Sequence record: MT446416.1
Origin: Escherichia virus TH47
DNA length: 64,000 bases
Reading direction: 5' to 3' (one strand)
The notes beneath the pieces are model-generated. The model worked only from the letters and a program-made list of their open reading frames with translations. It was not told the DNA's origin and ran no database searches. Position numbers and translations under genes: made by a program. Each line of letters starts with the position of its first letter. The stretch's first letter is position 1. Shown here in pieces: positions 56,173 through 64,000 of the stretch.

Positions 56173-56757
56173 TTAGACTCCTACCCCAAAACGTAAAAGG
56201 ATGTTATTAACAAACACAAAATCAAATGGAGACTTTGGTTCAGATACCGAGTACTGAAAAGTTTCAGTGGCAAAATTTTCCCTATTATGCCATGTTGATG
56301 AATCGATTAGTAATTGTTTATCACCAATTGACGTTGAATGTAATGGGACGTGTGCTGATGAATTTATAGAATACGCATTTAGTTTTCCTTGTTCATCAAA
56401 TGTAACACAAAGGTAATATCTCTTCTTAACATCAGGATAACGCTCTTTAATATACGAATATATTGATTCATTCAAATCATCATCATCCCTTGTCTTAGCA
56501 CCGAGAACTTGAGCAAAAGACAAACTACGTTTCGGTTGGATCGTTCCTGGTCTTTTTAGAATGAATTCTTTTGTTAAGTAAAAGTTATTGTGTTTTACCT
56601 CAATATTAACAGTTTTAAAGTTTGTGATTTTATCATATACGTTCCTAAAAACTGTTATATCCCATGAACTAATTTCTTGCATCGTTACCGTAACTAGTTC
56701 TTCTAGTTCTTGGATAAATGGCAAATCGTCTTGATCAAATCTAATCACAGTTTTCAT
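56173..56757 (-). CDS. hypothetical protein, possible divergent FQxST-family member (194 aa)
   Basis: FATETFQYSVSEPKSPFDF near the C-terminus. Confidence 0.65.
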   Translation of the reverse strand: MKTVIRFDQDDLPFIQELEELVTVTMQEISSWDITVFRNVYDKITNFKTVNIEVKHNNFYLTKEFILKRPGTIQPKRSLSFAQVLGAKTRDDDDLNESIYSYIKERYPDVKKRYYLCVTFDEQGKLNAYSINSSAHVPLHSTSIGDKQLLIDSSTWHNRENFATETFQYSVSEPKSPFDFVFVNNILLRFGVGV

Positions 56758-57328
56758 ATACCTTTTTTAAATTCATAATTTCAAGAAGACTATATTCTTT
56801 TTCACTAATCAAATCTTCAGTGAGTGCTTCTGGTTCGGTGTTACAATACAACTTCCCATTAATGATAACATAACCATTGCTAAGATACAACGCACTCATT
56901 ATCTGTTGTCCTTCTTTTGCATTGACTGCTATACCAGCATTTGTTACAACAAGCCCATTGTTTGCAAATGCTGATGTTAGTTCTGACCATTCAACTGATA
57001 TTAAATCACGATAGTCTTTTGATACTTTTATATTAACAATACAAGCAACTCTTGTAATAGATGGAGTACTAATCGTATACATCTGTGGGTGTTGGTAGTT
57101 TGAGTTATATGTTTGTGGTGTATTAACAGCAGTTCCTGAATTCGGAGTTGTTGGCATAATTACTTGATCCATATTTGGAACAGCCGTTCTTAGTGATGCA
57201 ATACGCCCAGTTTCATCCAATTTCAAAACTAAACGATGAGTTTTATCCTCAGAGTGATACGGGAATAGACCACCGGAATTCATATTTTGAAGCATTTTAA
57301 TTAATTCATAAGTATTTTTTAAAAACAT
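56741..57328 (-). CDS. hypothetical protein (195 aa)
   Basis: ORF track. Confidence 0.7.
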   Translation of the reverse strand: MFLKNTYELIKMLQNMNSGGLFPYHSEDKTHRLVLKLDETGRIASLRTAVPNMDQVIMPTTPNSGTAVNTPQTYNSNYQHPQMYTISTPSITRVACIVNIKVSKDYRDLISVEWSELTSAFANNGLVVTNAGIAVNAKEGQQIMSALYLSNGYVIINGKLYCNTEPEALTEDLISEKEYSLLEIMNLKKVYENCD

Positions 57329-57340
57329 AATAAATCCTAT

Positions 57341-57366
57341 AGAAAATGAGAGTACAATGTACTCCC
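57341..57366 (-). terminator. probable intrinsic terminator after the LemA-like gene
   Basis: Minus RNA GGGAGUACA..UGUACUCUC plus AUUUUCU. Confidence 0.45.
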
Positions 57367-57375
57367 AGATTTAGA

Positions 57376-57930
57376 TTATAGTTTAATTACTTCTTGGATA
57401 CCAGTATCCATTGCTTTCTTAGTGCGTGTATCAGAAACTACTGTACATAAATGTTCAATATTTTCACTTGGGAATGTGTTAGTATCAAGAATTTTGGAGT
57501 TCCAGAAACCTTTACGGAACTTAGCATAATCAGTACACTGGTCAATTTTCATTTTCTGAAGATTGTTGAACTGTGTACGTCCTGACTCGATAGTTACCAT
57601 AAGTTCTTGATAAATCTTAGGATCGAGATTAGGAACCTGTTGTTGAATCTGTGACATCACAAACTTCTGGTCAACACCTTCACGACCTTTAAAGTATGTT
57701 TCGATGGTTTCTTTCAATGCATCCTTATACTTATCAGAAACTTGTACTTTTTCTTGAATGACAAGAGTGTATTTACTTAGTTGGCTTTCTGATGCATCAT
57801 AGTACTTTTTAATATTACCTTCAAATTCAACAGCACGGTCATGTGCATCTACATACATACTAACTGAACCAATTGCCATAAGACCGAATACAACAACAAC
57901 ACCAATCAATGCAATAATTTTACCATTCAT
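57376..57930 (-). CDS. lemA: LemA-family membrane protein (184 aa)
   Basis: Single N-terminal TM, then a helical domain ending ..VPNLDPKIYQELMVTIESGRTQFNNLQKMKIDQCTDYAKFRKGFWN, resembling the LemA consensus as remembered. Confidence 0.5.
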   Translation of the reverse strand: MNGKIIALIGVVVVFGLMAIGSVSMYVDAHDRAVEFEGNIKKYYDASESQLSKYTLVIQEKVQVSDKYKDALKETIETYFKGREGVDQKFVMSQIQQQVPNLDPKIYQELMVTIESGRTQFNNLQKMKIDQCTDYAKFRKGFWNSKILDTNTFPSENIEHLCTVVSDTRTKKAMDTGIQEVIKL

Positions 57931-59021
57931 AACTTGTTATCCCTCATATAAAGGCCAATGAAAATAGATACAATCAGTAACAAAATAGAAGCACCGATGA
58001 GAACATCTTTACGTGGTTCCATTTTTACAGACAAGTACTCGAACTCTTTGTTAGAGAGTCTTTCAAACTTTGTGTCAATATTATGCACTTCTTTGGTCAG
58101 TAAGTCAAGAGTTAATTTTTCATTTAATGCATCCATTCGCATCTTAGCATGTAGTTCTTCATTCTTCATACCTTGTGCAAATGATGTGCTATCAAATTTA
58201 ACGATCTTCCCATCAGCATCAATACCAAAGAACATGATAACATCATTCTTCTTACCACCACGCCACGATGCGAGTGTTGCTTCCACAAAATCTACGTTTT
58301 TATAATCATAAACCAAAACTTGGATGTTTACTTGTTTACGTGCACCCATAGTTTTTAGTTCTTCACGCAGATACTCATCATAACCATCTACATTATAATT
58401 AGTAGTGTTGATTACATGGTGTGTTTTATAATAGTCTACCACACTTGGGTATTCTGGTAAAGTACTAAGATATTTCTCATCATACATTTCATGTAATTCA
58501 CCAGGACTAAACAATGAGTTTTTATCAGCGAACAGATAGTTAATATAAGAACTTTCTGCGGCGGCATAATCCCCAATGTTAACCTGTTGCCAGCGGGGAG
58601 GGGTCATTGTACCCTGGCGGTTTACTCGCTCAATCTCAAACTTCCCTACAGTACTTTTTACATACCAGTCAACTTCGTATGAATAATCAAATACCTTATA
58701 GGACTCACATTCACGATGGGATTTCCCCTTACTATCATAACGAGTTCTGCATTTCTCGTGCCACGTGTAATGCTTACATGAGCTTGATTGTGTACAAAAC
58801 TCCTTGTGATTATATTTGGATGTTACCTGCCCATTTAGAATCTCTACATCGTACAATTGGCTGTAGTTGATTGCATATGAGATACCAAGCACAAGAGCAG
58901 CACCAACTATACAACAACCAATATGAATCAACAGTTCTTTAGTACTGATATGCTTATCATACATGTATTTCATAACAAATACAACGATAAGTGAAGGAAT
59001 CAACAGAATAATAAAATTCAT
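57927..59021 (-). CDS. membrane protein with Cys-rich central domain (364 aa)
   Basis: Two N-terminal TMs and one C-terminal TM; CTQSSSCKHYTWHEKCRTRYDSKGKSHRECE; ATGA-coupled to the LemA-like gene. Confidence 0.7.
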   Translation of the reverse strand: MNFIILLIPSLIVVFVMKYMYDKHISTKELLIHIGCCIVGAALVLGISYAINYSQLYDVEILNGQVTSKYNHKEFCTQSSSCKHYTWHEKCRTRYDSKGKSHRECESYKVFDYSYEVDWYVKSTVGKFEIERVNRQGTMTPPRWQQVNIGDYAAAESSYINYLFADKNSLFSPGELHEMYDEKYLSTLPEYPSVVDYYKTHHVINTTNYNVDGYDEYLREELKTMGARKQVNIQVLVYDYKNVDFVEATLASWRGGKKNDVIMFFGIDADGKIVKFDSTSFAQGMKNEELHAKMRMDALNEKLTLDLLTKEVHNIDTKFERLSNKEFEYLSVKMEPRKDVLIGASILLLIVSIFIGLYMRDNKL

Positions 59022-59024
59022 GTA

Positions 59025-59714
59025 TTAGTCCAGTTTAAGTTTATTGAGACAATAGGAGATTTGGATAGCTTCACGTGCTGCATCATACAGAGGGTGATGT
59101 AATTCCAAACCATTAATACCACATTTTTCTACATACTTCACGAATTTAGCTAACTGCACTGACACAATCTCATCCATTTCGGTGCGAGCTTCTTCATTCA
59201 ATAAACGCTTCAGGGTTCGTGCGTTTTCAGGAGCATCATATTTCCACAAATCACCAACATTCAATAGTTTTAAGTGATTAGCTTGTAAAATACTACAGTC
59301 GAAGTTGCAGCCATTTCCCCAAATTGAATGTTCAACCTCTTTACCATAACAATCAAAACGGATATCTTTCCAGAAATCGACAATAGCATTAGAAGTAAAG
59401 ATTTGTTTGGATTTACCATTAGGACCGTACAATTCTGGTGCAACAAGTGCCATAGTACTGGCAACTTCAGCATATGCATTAGGATATTCCTTCTGACATG
59501 TATTCATCCAGAAATCCATTGCACCTGCATCTGATTTCAGCCCAGCGTTGACTTGTGCTTGGTATGGTAACTTAACATATACAAATTGTCTGATATCATG
59601 TTCAGGTTTACTTGGAACAACTACTGCTGCATAATTTGGAATAATAATATCATAACCAGAGTTTTCAGGAGTACCGAGAGCTTCGATATCAACACTAACA
59701 TGACGGCGTTTCAT
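59025..59714 (-). CDS. DEDDh-type 3'-5' exonuclease (229 aa)
   Basis: Exo I VSVDIEALG; Exo II GNGCNFDCSIL; Exo III HHPLYDAAREA (H-x4-D). Confidence 0.7.
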   Translation of the reverse strand: MKRRHVSVDIEALGTPENSGYDIIIPNYAAVVVPSKPEHDIRQFVYVKLPYQAQVNAGLKSDAGAMDFWMNTCQKEYPNAYAEVASTMALVAPELYGPNGKSKQIFTSNAIVDFWKDIRFDCYGKEVEHSIWGNGCNFDCSILQANHLKLLNVGDLWKYDAPENARTLKRLLNEEARTEMDEIVSVQLAKFVKYVEKCGINGLELHHPLYDAAREAIQISYCLNKLKLD

Positions 59715-59736
59715 ATTTCGTTCCTTATCTGTATAT

Positions 59737-59784
59737 TAAAAAAGAGTGCGTTTCAATAAGAACATTATATTGAAAACGCACTCT
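59737..59784 (-). terminator. intrinsic terminator after the TelA gene
   Basis: 11-bp perfect stem AGAGTGCGTTT / AAACGCACTCT with a 20-nt loop, followed by a U run on the minus strand. Confidence 0.6.
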
Positions 59785-59795
59785 TGTGTCAACTA

Positions 59796-60938
59796 TTACT
59801 TGTTAGCTTTTTCAGCAATTTCACGAAGAGTATCTTCGAGTTCATGAGAGAGTTTTGCGATTTCAATCTTAGCACGCTCACGCTCTTCTTTACCTTTCTT
59901 CTCTTCAATCAGTACTGCTTCGATACTATCGATCATTGTTTTATGTACATTACGCAATGTTTTAATATCCACGATACCACGATTATTTGCTTTAGCAGCA
60001 TCCAACATGTTAGTTGCTACCATTTTAGAGTTTACTTCGAGTAAACGGTTAGTTTCATTGTCAATCAGATTACCCAACTCATTGTCTTTACGTTGACGTT
60101 CGGAAATCAACTGTTCAGCCAATTGTGATTTCCATGCTGGAATAACAACTGATTTCAAATCCTCAAACTTAGAAACAGTGTTGAGGTTTACTTTCTTCAT
60201 ACTCATCAGGCGAGGACCACTCAGTTCACACATCATGATAAGACGACGAATCTTATCTTCCTGCTTAGAAAGAGCTTCACAAATCATCTTTTGCTCCTGG
60301 ATTGCAAAAGAATCAACGTCAGGGTTCGCTTGCATTGCTACCAATTCAGCATCTTGTGCTTTGGTAACTTCTTCCAACTCAACTAACGTATCACGCAGTT
60401 CAAAGAGATAGTTTTTGTTTTCGTTGTAAGCAGTGTCTAGCCATGCACATTCCCCATGCTGGCGGTTAATACCAACCTGAAGAGTGTTCATGATTTCATC
60501 AATTTGTTCTTTACTGTTTTTGTACTGATCGCCAACTTTCTGTTTAGCATTAACAAAGAGTTTTTTGACCCAGCCTACGATTGATTTATCATCCTGTAGA
60601 CTATCAATATCAACTGCACGTGTCAATGTCAAGATAGTAGTAATAGACTTACCGAATTCGGTATTATCATCAGTGACGTTAACTTTTGACATGATTTCAT
60701 CAGCCAAACGTCCTACACCTGCCCCAGCAGTGGTTCCGATGGTATTAATATTCTGCACAGTTAAAGCCATACTGTTACCTTTGGTATCTTTCAGTACTGG
60801 AAGTGACTTGGACTGTTGTTCGAAGATATCAGTTGCGTCAATTGTGTGTGCTGCTGTTTTGGTAGTACGTTTGGCAGTTTTGGTTGCTTTGGCTTGTTTA
60901 ACTGTTGCTTTTTTCGGATTGATTTCTTTCTCGGACAT
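59796..60938 (-). CDS. telA: TelA/YceH/KlaA-family toxic-anion-resistance protein (380 aa)
   Basis: Start re-picked at MSEKEINP (GAGGA SD). C-terminus ..NNRGIVDIKTLRNVHKTMIDSIEAVLIEEKKGKEERERAKIEIAKLSHELE closely parallels B. subtilis YceH ..[50 protein letters not shown] (from memory). Confidence 0.8.
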   Translation of the reverse strand: MSEKEINPKKATVKQAKATKTAKRTTKTAAHTIDATDIFEQQSKSLPVLKDTKGNSMALTVQNINTIGTTAGAGVGRLADEIMSKVNVTDDNTEFGKSITTILTLTRAVDIDSLQDDKSIVGWVKKLFVNAKQKVGDQYKNSKEQIDEIMNTLQVGINRQHGECAWLDTAYNENKNYLFELRDTLVELEEVTKAQDAELVAMQANPDVDSFAIQEQKMICEALSKQEDKIRRLIMMCELSGPRLMSMKKVNLNTVSKFEDLKSVVIPAWKSQLAEQLISERQRKDNELGNLIDNETNRLLEVNSKMVATNMLDAAKANNRGIVDIKTLRNVHKTMIDSIEAVLIEEKKGKEERERAKIEIAKLSHELEDTLREIAEKANK

Positions 60939-61020
60939 TGTGTATTCCTCAGTTAATTTAAGATAGTGTTGCTCAGTGATAAACATTCTACAGGCAACAC
61001 TCAGTACTGTCAACTACTTT

Positions 61021-62148
61021 TTACTCTTTATTTCCATACGCCAGGTTACGAATGATATTGGCAGTATCTTCATCAACTGCTTTACCAGTTTGAGCTTGCA
61101 AACGGCCTATGATCAATGGGATAGTGATAGTTTGAATATCAATCATTCGGCTCATATCAATCTGATACTGCTTACTAACACCAACAATACTAGTTTCAGT
61201 CATTGCTGTTGAAATCCCCATTTTCATAATACGTTCAAGCGTCAGTTCATATTCAAATGGATCTTCCAAACGACGAATTGCATATTCACACCCAATCTTA
61301 CCATACTCAAGTTCATTTTTGATTTCACGAACTTCATCACGAATTTCAGTGAATAAAGTCGTAATACCACTAAACTTATTCGTATCGTACTTCACTGCTT
61401 CATTCAATGCTTTCATTACTTTTGGTAAATCAGTTGGCTGTACTTTGATATCAGCTTTCCCAAACAACTTCTGTGTAAATGTAGGCTTCAAAGGGAATAA
61501 CTTTTCCAGTGCTGTTGTAAGGTTACCCATTAATAAACGGATATAATCACTATGCTGCTGTAATGCTGCGTTTAAATCCAACTGACGCTCGGAGATCTTC
61601 TGAATCTTCACACCAACTTCTTGTGCACATACTGGTAGGTTTACATACCAATCCAGAACCTTCACCGGATCTTTTTTAATTGTATCTGGAAAATCCATCC
61701 AACGTTCAATGTCAGCAACCATATCACATTCAGGGTCGATAGGTTTCTTCTTAAGAACAATCGGAGCCGGAACTTCTGGTGAAGTAGCTACTGCTGCCAT
61801 GTTTGGACGAAGTTTACCTTCCTTCCAGTCTCGGTACTCCTTCTCTAACGGAGGAATTGGGAGATCTGGAACGATTCTCACATTTGAGAAATGAATTTTA
61901 TCTTTCATTAAATCCATTACCTTCAAACGGCGATTATCAAAATAGATCTCGTCAAGTGAAAGTGAACGTGTGTCGAAATGTGGATTTCCCAGTGAATCGT
62001 ATGTTCTGTCCACAACAATGGTATACATATATTTTCGATTCGATGAACGGTCATACTGTTTTAACAGTGAGTTAAGAACGTAGTTGAAGTTAAATTCTTT
62101 GATTTCGACTTCTTTACCGTTGTCAATGAAAAAATATTTTCCTTTCAT
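61021..62148 (-). CDS. hypothetical protein, possible distant TelA-like paralog (375 aa)
   Basis: C-terminal ..IDIQTITIPLIIGRLQAQ.. resembles the TelA ..ILNTIPLWKNQM.. region; weak. Confidence 0.7.
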   Translation of the reverse strand: MKGKYFFIDNGKEVEIKEFNFNYVLNSLLKQYDRSSNRKYMYTIVVDRTYDSLGNPHFDTRSLSLDEIYFDNRRLKVMDLMKDKIHFSNVRIVPDLPIPPLEKEYRDWKEGKLRPNMAAVATSPEVPAPIVLKKKPIDPECDMVADIERWMDFPDTIKKDPVKVLDWYVNLPVCAQEVGVKIQKISERQLDLNAALQQHSDYIRLLMGNLTTALEKLFPLKPTFTQKLFGKADIKVQPTDLPKVMKALNEAVKYDTNKFSGITTLFTEIRDEVREIKNELEYGKIGCEYAIRRLEDPFEYELTLERIMKMGISTAMTETSIVGVSKQYQIDMSRMIDIQTITIPLIIGRLQAQTGKAVDEDTANIIRNLAYGNKE

Positions 62149-62188
62149 TACTGACCTCTTAATTAATTAAAATTGATACGATACGTAC

Positions 62189-62217
62189 ATTCTACATACA
62201 CACGATGTATTTGTCAA
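62189..62217 (-). promoter_or_regulatory. sigma70-like promoter
   Basis: TTGACA-17 nt-TAGAAT on the minus strand, upstream of 61021-62148. Confidence 0.55.
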
Positions 62218-62230
62218 ACCATTTTTTAAA

Positions 62231-62259
62231 AGAAAAAAGGACGCACCTTAGTGCATCCT
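62231..62259 (-). terminator. intrinsic terminator overlapping the last codons of 62248-63066
   Basis: Minus RNA AGGAUGCAC-UAAG-GUGCGUCCU plus U6; the TAA stop sits in the loop. Confidence 0.7.
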
Positions 62260-63066
62260 TTTGTTACTCTTGTCCTTGTACCACACAAATGTTTTTACTG
62301 GTGGGTACTTTTCATTCTTCGGTGGCTCCGGCATATCATACACAGTTGCATTTCTGAATTTCAAAATGTATGAATCCATTAAACGAATTATACAATAGTT
62401 CATGCACTTTTGTGCACGTTCTTTCCAAAAATGTTTATATGGTTCTGGACACCCAAGATAATCCAATTTGTACATACCCATAGCAGCTTGCATAAAGCGT
62501 TGGGCAGAGAACTTACGCTTGTCTACCTTACTAGCTCGATGCTGGTCACATGTCCAACTAGAGATACCAGGGAGATGACAGAATAAATCAAAACTCACCA
62601 TACTATCAAAGTACTTGTTATGACCGTTCAACTCTCCATAAAATACCGCTTCGGAAACAGTTTCATATAGTGAGTAATTTGTATGTATATGTTCATTGTC
62701 AAATATAGCTTTTAGATCTTTGTAAGTTTCTGGTACTGGTGGCTCTGGTAAAACTTCACCGAACGTCTCTAAGCACCAAATCTTCCACAAGCCTTTCGTA
62801 AATTTTACTTCAAGTTCTTTATCGCTGTCAATATAAAAAGTTTTCTCATTGATAAAAACTTTTCGTGCCATGTATGCTTTGAATACCGCATCAGGGTCGA
62901 TATCTTCACGTTTGATATCGTCCCATCCTTTACCGATTCGAGAAATTTCGAATCGTCTCATATACATCCTACATGCCAAATCTTTAGTTGTACTACGATG
63001 ATACTTGTCGTCTTGATGAAGTTTGGTAGTCTCATGGAGAGATTTAAGCATGTTTAAAATTCTCAT
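62248..63066 (-). CDS. hypothetical protein (272 aa)
   Basis: ORF track. Confidence 0.75.
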   Translation of the reverse strand: MRILNMLKSLHETTKLHQDDKYHRSTTKDLACRMYMRRFEISRIGKGWDDIKREDIDPDAVFKAYMARKVFINEKTFYIDSDKELEVKFTKGLWKIWCLETFGEVLPEPPVPETYKDLKAIFDNEHIHTNYSLYETVSEAVFYGELNGHNKYFDSMVSFDLFCHLPGISSWTCDQHRASKVDKRKFSAQRFMQAAMGMYKLDYLGCPEPYKHFWKERAQKCMNYCIIRLMDSYILKFRNATVYDMPEPPKNEKYPPVKTFVWYKDKSNKRMH

Positions 63067-63743
63067 CGTAACACCAAATACTTCCCATCTTTACCTACTA
63101 CATACTGATTACCGCTACGTAGGACGCTATAACTTTCACCTAGTACCGAACTTAAGCGAGATGTATCTACCTGCGTATCGTTCGATAGAAGCTGTTTTAC
63201 GTATGCTTCTGACACAAATCCACTACCAGTACTGTAATGTAGTTTACCATATGCAGTGTTTAGTGCAAGCATGTGACCTTCTTTAACAACAGATACACCA
63301 GCAAAGTCTAAAAATTCACTGATGGATTTAGGAATACCCAAATCGATACGTTGTTGAATTTCATCAAAATCAACATCAATCGGATCATTCACACCATAAA
63401 GCTGAATCTTCCAGCCAGGATTTGGGCAAATGTTTTCAATAGTTTTGATAAGACGAAGTAGGTTTTCTGGAAATTCCGCATCACGTTCCATTTCAACGAA
63501 TACCTGATAACGACCATCCAGGTTAGGTGTTTCAGCAGCTTCAGTATCAACTGCATCAATTGGAGACTTCTCAATAAAAGATGACAGGTCATATGCAGCA
63601 TCAAAGTTGTTTAGTACTTGAAACATAACAACGATATTACTATCTTCAATCTTAGGAGTATATTCATCTACACTAATAATAGGATGAATCAAATCCTTTA
63701 GTACTTGTGGACGTAAACCTTGTTCATTTAGTTTCTTTTTCAT
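63063..63743 (-). CDS. hypothetical protein (226 aa)
   Basis: ORF track; ATGA overlaps. Confidence 0.75.
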   Translation of the reverse strand: MKKKLNEQGLRPQVLKDLIHPIISVDEYTPKIEDSNIVVMFQVLNNFDAAYDLSSFIEKSPIDAVDTEAAETPNLDGRYQVFVEMERDAEFPENLLRLIKTIENICPNPGWKIQLYGVNDPIDVDFDEIQQRIDLGIPKSISEFLDFAGVSVVKEGHMLALNTAYGKLHYSTGSGFVSEAYVKQLLSNDTQVDTSRLSSVLGESYSVLRSGNQYVVGKDGKYLVLR

Positions 63744-63994
63744 TGCATACCACCTTGTTGTACATCATCAGATACTTCTACATCTAAATCAACATCTTCA
63801 CCAGTAATTGGATCATCTGATGGTTCTTGTGCATTCATAGGATTACTATTGAATTCTGAAGCCATTAGTTTGTATTCATCAAAACTTTCAGGGTTAATTA
63901 AGTTTCTGGGAATTTGTACACGAACCAATAGAACTGGAATTCGTTCATTTTTTGGAATGCGAACAGAACCAGATTGCGTAGCCACACTCTTCAT
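63740..63994 (-). CDS. hypothetical acidic protein (84 aa)
   Basis: ORF track; the start is 6 nt from the window edge, so the true N-terminus could lie further upstream. Confidence 0.5.
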   Translation of the reverse strand: MKSVATQSGSVRIPKNERIPVLLVRVQIPRNLINPESFDEYKLMASEFNSNPMNAQEPSDDPITGEDVDLDVEVSDDVQQGGMQ

Positions 63995-64000
63995 ATCAGC

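Noticed and set aside
59784-62075. Plus-strand ORFs antisense to the TelA and TelA-like genes (59784-60044, 60178-60411, 60565-60966, 60976-61212, 61319-61546, 61709-61894, 61803-62075)
   Set aside because: They overlap confident minus-strand genes, and the translations are Ser/Leu/Val-rich low-information sequences.

Overview
This 64-kb window looks like part of a large, AT-rich (roughly one-third G+C by eye), virulent-type bacteriophage genome. It holds about 150 short, tightly packed genes, and all but one are on the minus strand. Many are joined by ATGA or TAATG start/stop overlaps. They are punctuated by sigma70-like promoters (TTGACA-N16-18-TATAAT or TGTGATATAAT) and by a recurring UUCG-loop intrinsic terminator. 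There are no rRNA genes, CRISPR arrays, integrase or housekeeping genes.

Recognisable content:
- A tRNA island at 33.3-38.8 kb: Asn-GTT, Met-CAT, Ser-GCT, Arg-TCT and a degenerate Gly-TCC-like element. It is colonised by HNH homing-endonuclease genes.
- A 230-nt group I intron inside the anticodon loop of tRNA-Met.
- A C5 cytosine DNA methyltransferase split at its catalytic PCQ motif by a 343-aa LAGLIDADG intein.
- A sigma-70 family factor next to an HslV/proteasome-like Ntn hydrolase.
- A LemA / membrane protein / DEDDh exonuclease / TelA x2 cluster.
- Further HNH, AP2 and GIY-YIG-type nucleases.

Most genes have no assignable function.

The most unusual signals:
1. A family of 20-22 paralogous ~120-180 aa proteins sharing an acidic-x-F-F-Q-x-S-T-V-x-D motif.
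2. Massive over-representation of the palindrome CAGTACTG (core AGTACT), in promoters and inside genes.
3. ORF-free, G+C-richer, hairpin-dense segments at 17948-18552 and 35127-35483 that look like structured RNAs.
4. Tandem 54-codon micro-ORFs and an amber-interrupted ORF that the ORF track misses.

Limits: all functional calls rest on motif recognition from memory, not database searches. Many start codons were re-picked by hand, because the ORF track extends to the furthest TTG/GTG/ATG.
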